Assembly: GCA_028023455.1 (NCBI GenBank)
Contig: JAQFVV010000011.1
Location: forward strand, 310,001 to 374,000
Direction of reading: 5' to 3'
DNA from: Epiperipatus broadwayi
Taxonomy: Eukaryota; Animalia; Onychophora
Length of the DNA: 64,000 nt
The notes below the pieces were generated by a model. It did no database searches. It was not told the DNA's origin and was given only the letters and a program-made list of their open reading frames with translations. The position numbers were made by a program, and so were the translations under genes. Of this stretch, positions 63,595 to 64,000 are shown one piece after another (the stretch's first letter is position 1; each line of letters begins with the position of its first letter).

Positions 63595-64000
63595 TCCATC
63601 ATCATCATCAATCATTATCAGTTCACTGCAAGATGAAGGTCTCTCCAAGTTCAGTCCATCTTTTTCTATCTTTAGTTTCTCTTTTCCACATCACCCCTGC
63701 ACACTTTCTTATTTCATCCATCCATCTCACATATGGTCTCTTTCTGGGTCTTTTACAGTCTCTTGGAATCTAGTTTAGAATTTCAATTGTCCATCTATTA
63801 TCATCTCTTCTAGCAATATGTCCAGCCCAATTCTACTTCAATCTTTTAATTTTTTCAATGAGGTCAGTAACACCTGTTTGTTCTCTTACCCATACATTGC
63901 ATTTTCGATCTCTTCTTGTTACTCCCAATATGCATCTCTCCATACTTCTTTGAGTGGTCTGAAATCTTGGTATTGCTCTTCTACTAAGTGTCCAAGTCTT
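63595..64000 (-). mobile_element. RTE 3' end (runs off the window)
   Basis: Decayed WAGH..RW..W.P..RP.GRP..RW.DE-like region with a (GAT)n tail at ~63595-63610. Confidence 0.8.

Overview
AT-rich eukaryotic DNA, probably from an invertebrate animal (inference), that is almost entirely intronic or intergenic. The only host coding sequence I can support is one 189-bp internal exon of a TSPAN6/7-like tetraspanin (+, 52334-52522). The rest is repeat-derived: decayed RTE, Tx1/L1-like and other LINE fragments, a piggyBac transposase relic, two hAT (Charlie-like) MITEs with 8-bp TSDs, a pogo/Tigger-like element, tRNA-derived SINEs, a 31-bp minisatellite and local duplications. The main signal is a dense set of small elements carrying minimal type I hammerhead ribozymes (HHR), which fall into four sequence families that I label A, B, E and I. 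Family A is a non-coding ~465-nt tandem monomer (retrozyme-like). Family E is the 3' repeat of a 5'-truncated GIY-YIG Penelope-like element (PLE) and has a tRNA-like Pol III A/B-box module just upstream of its HHR. A and E insertions share one architecture: TSD, inverted 3' tail, direct copy, TSD. This generates many of the roughly 15 fold-back palindromes in the window, and in two family A insertions the inversion junction falls on the ribozyme cleavage site. All alignments were done by eye; the boundaries of decayed elements are approximate and no database search was run.
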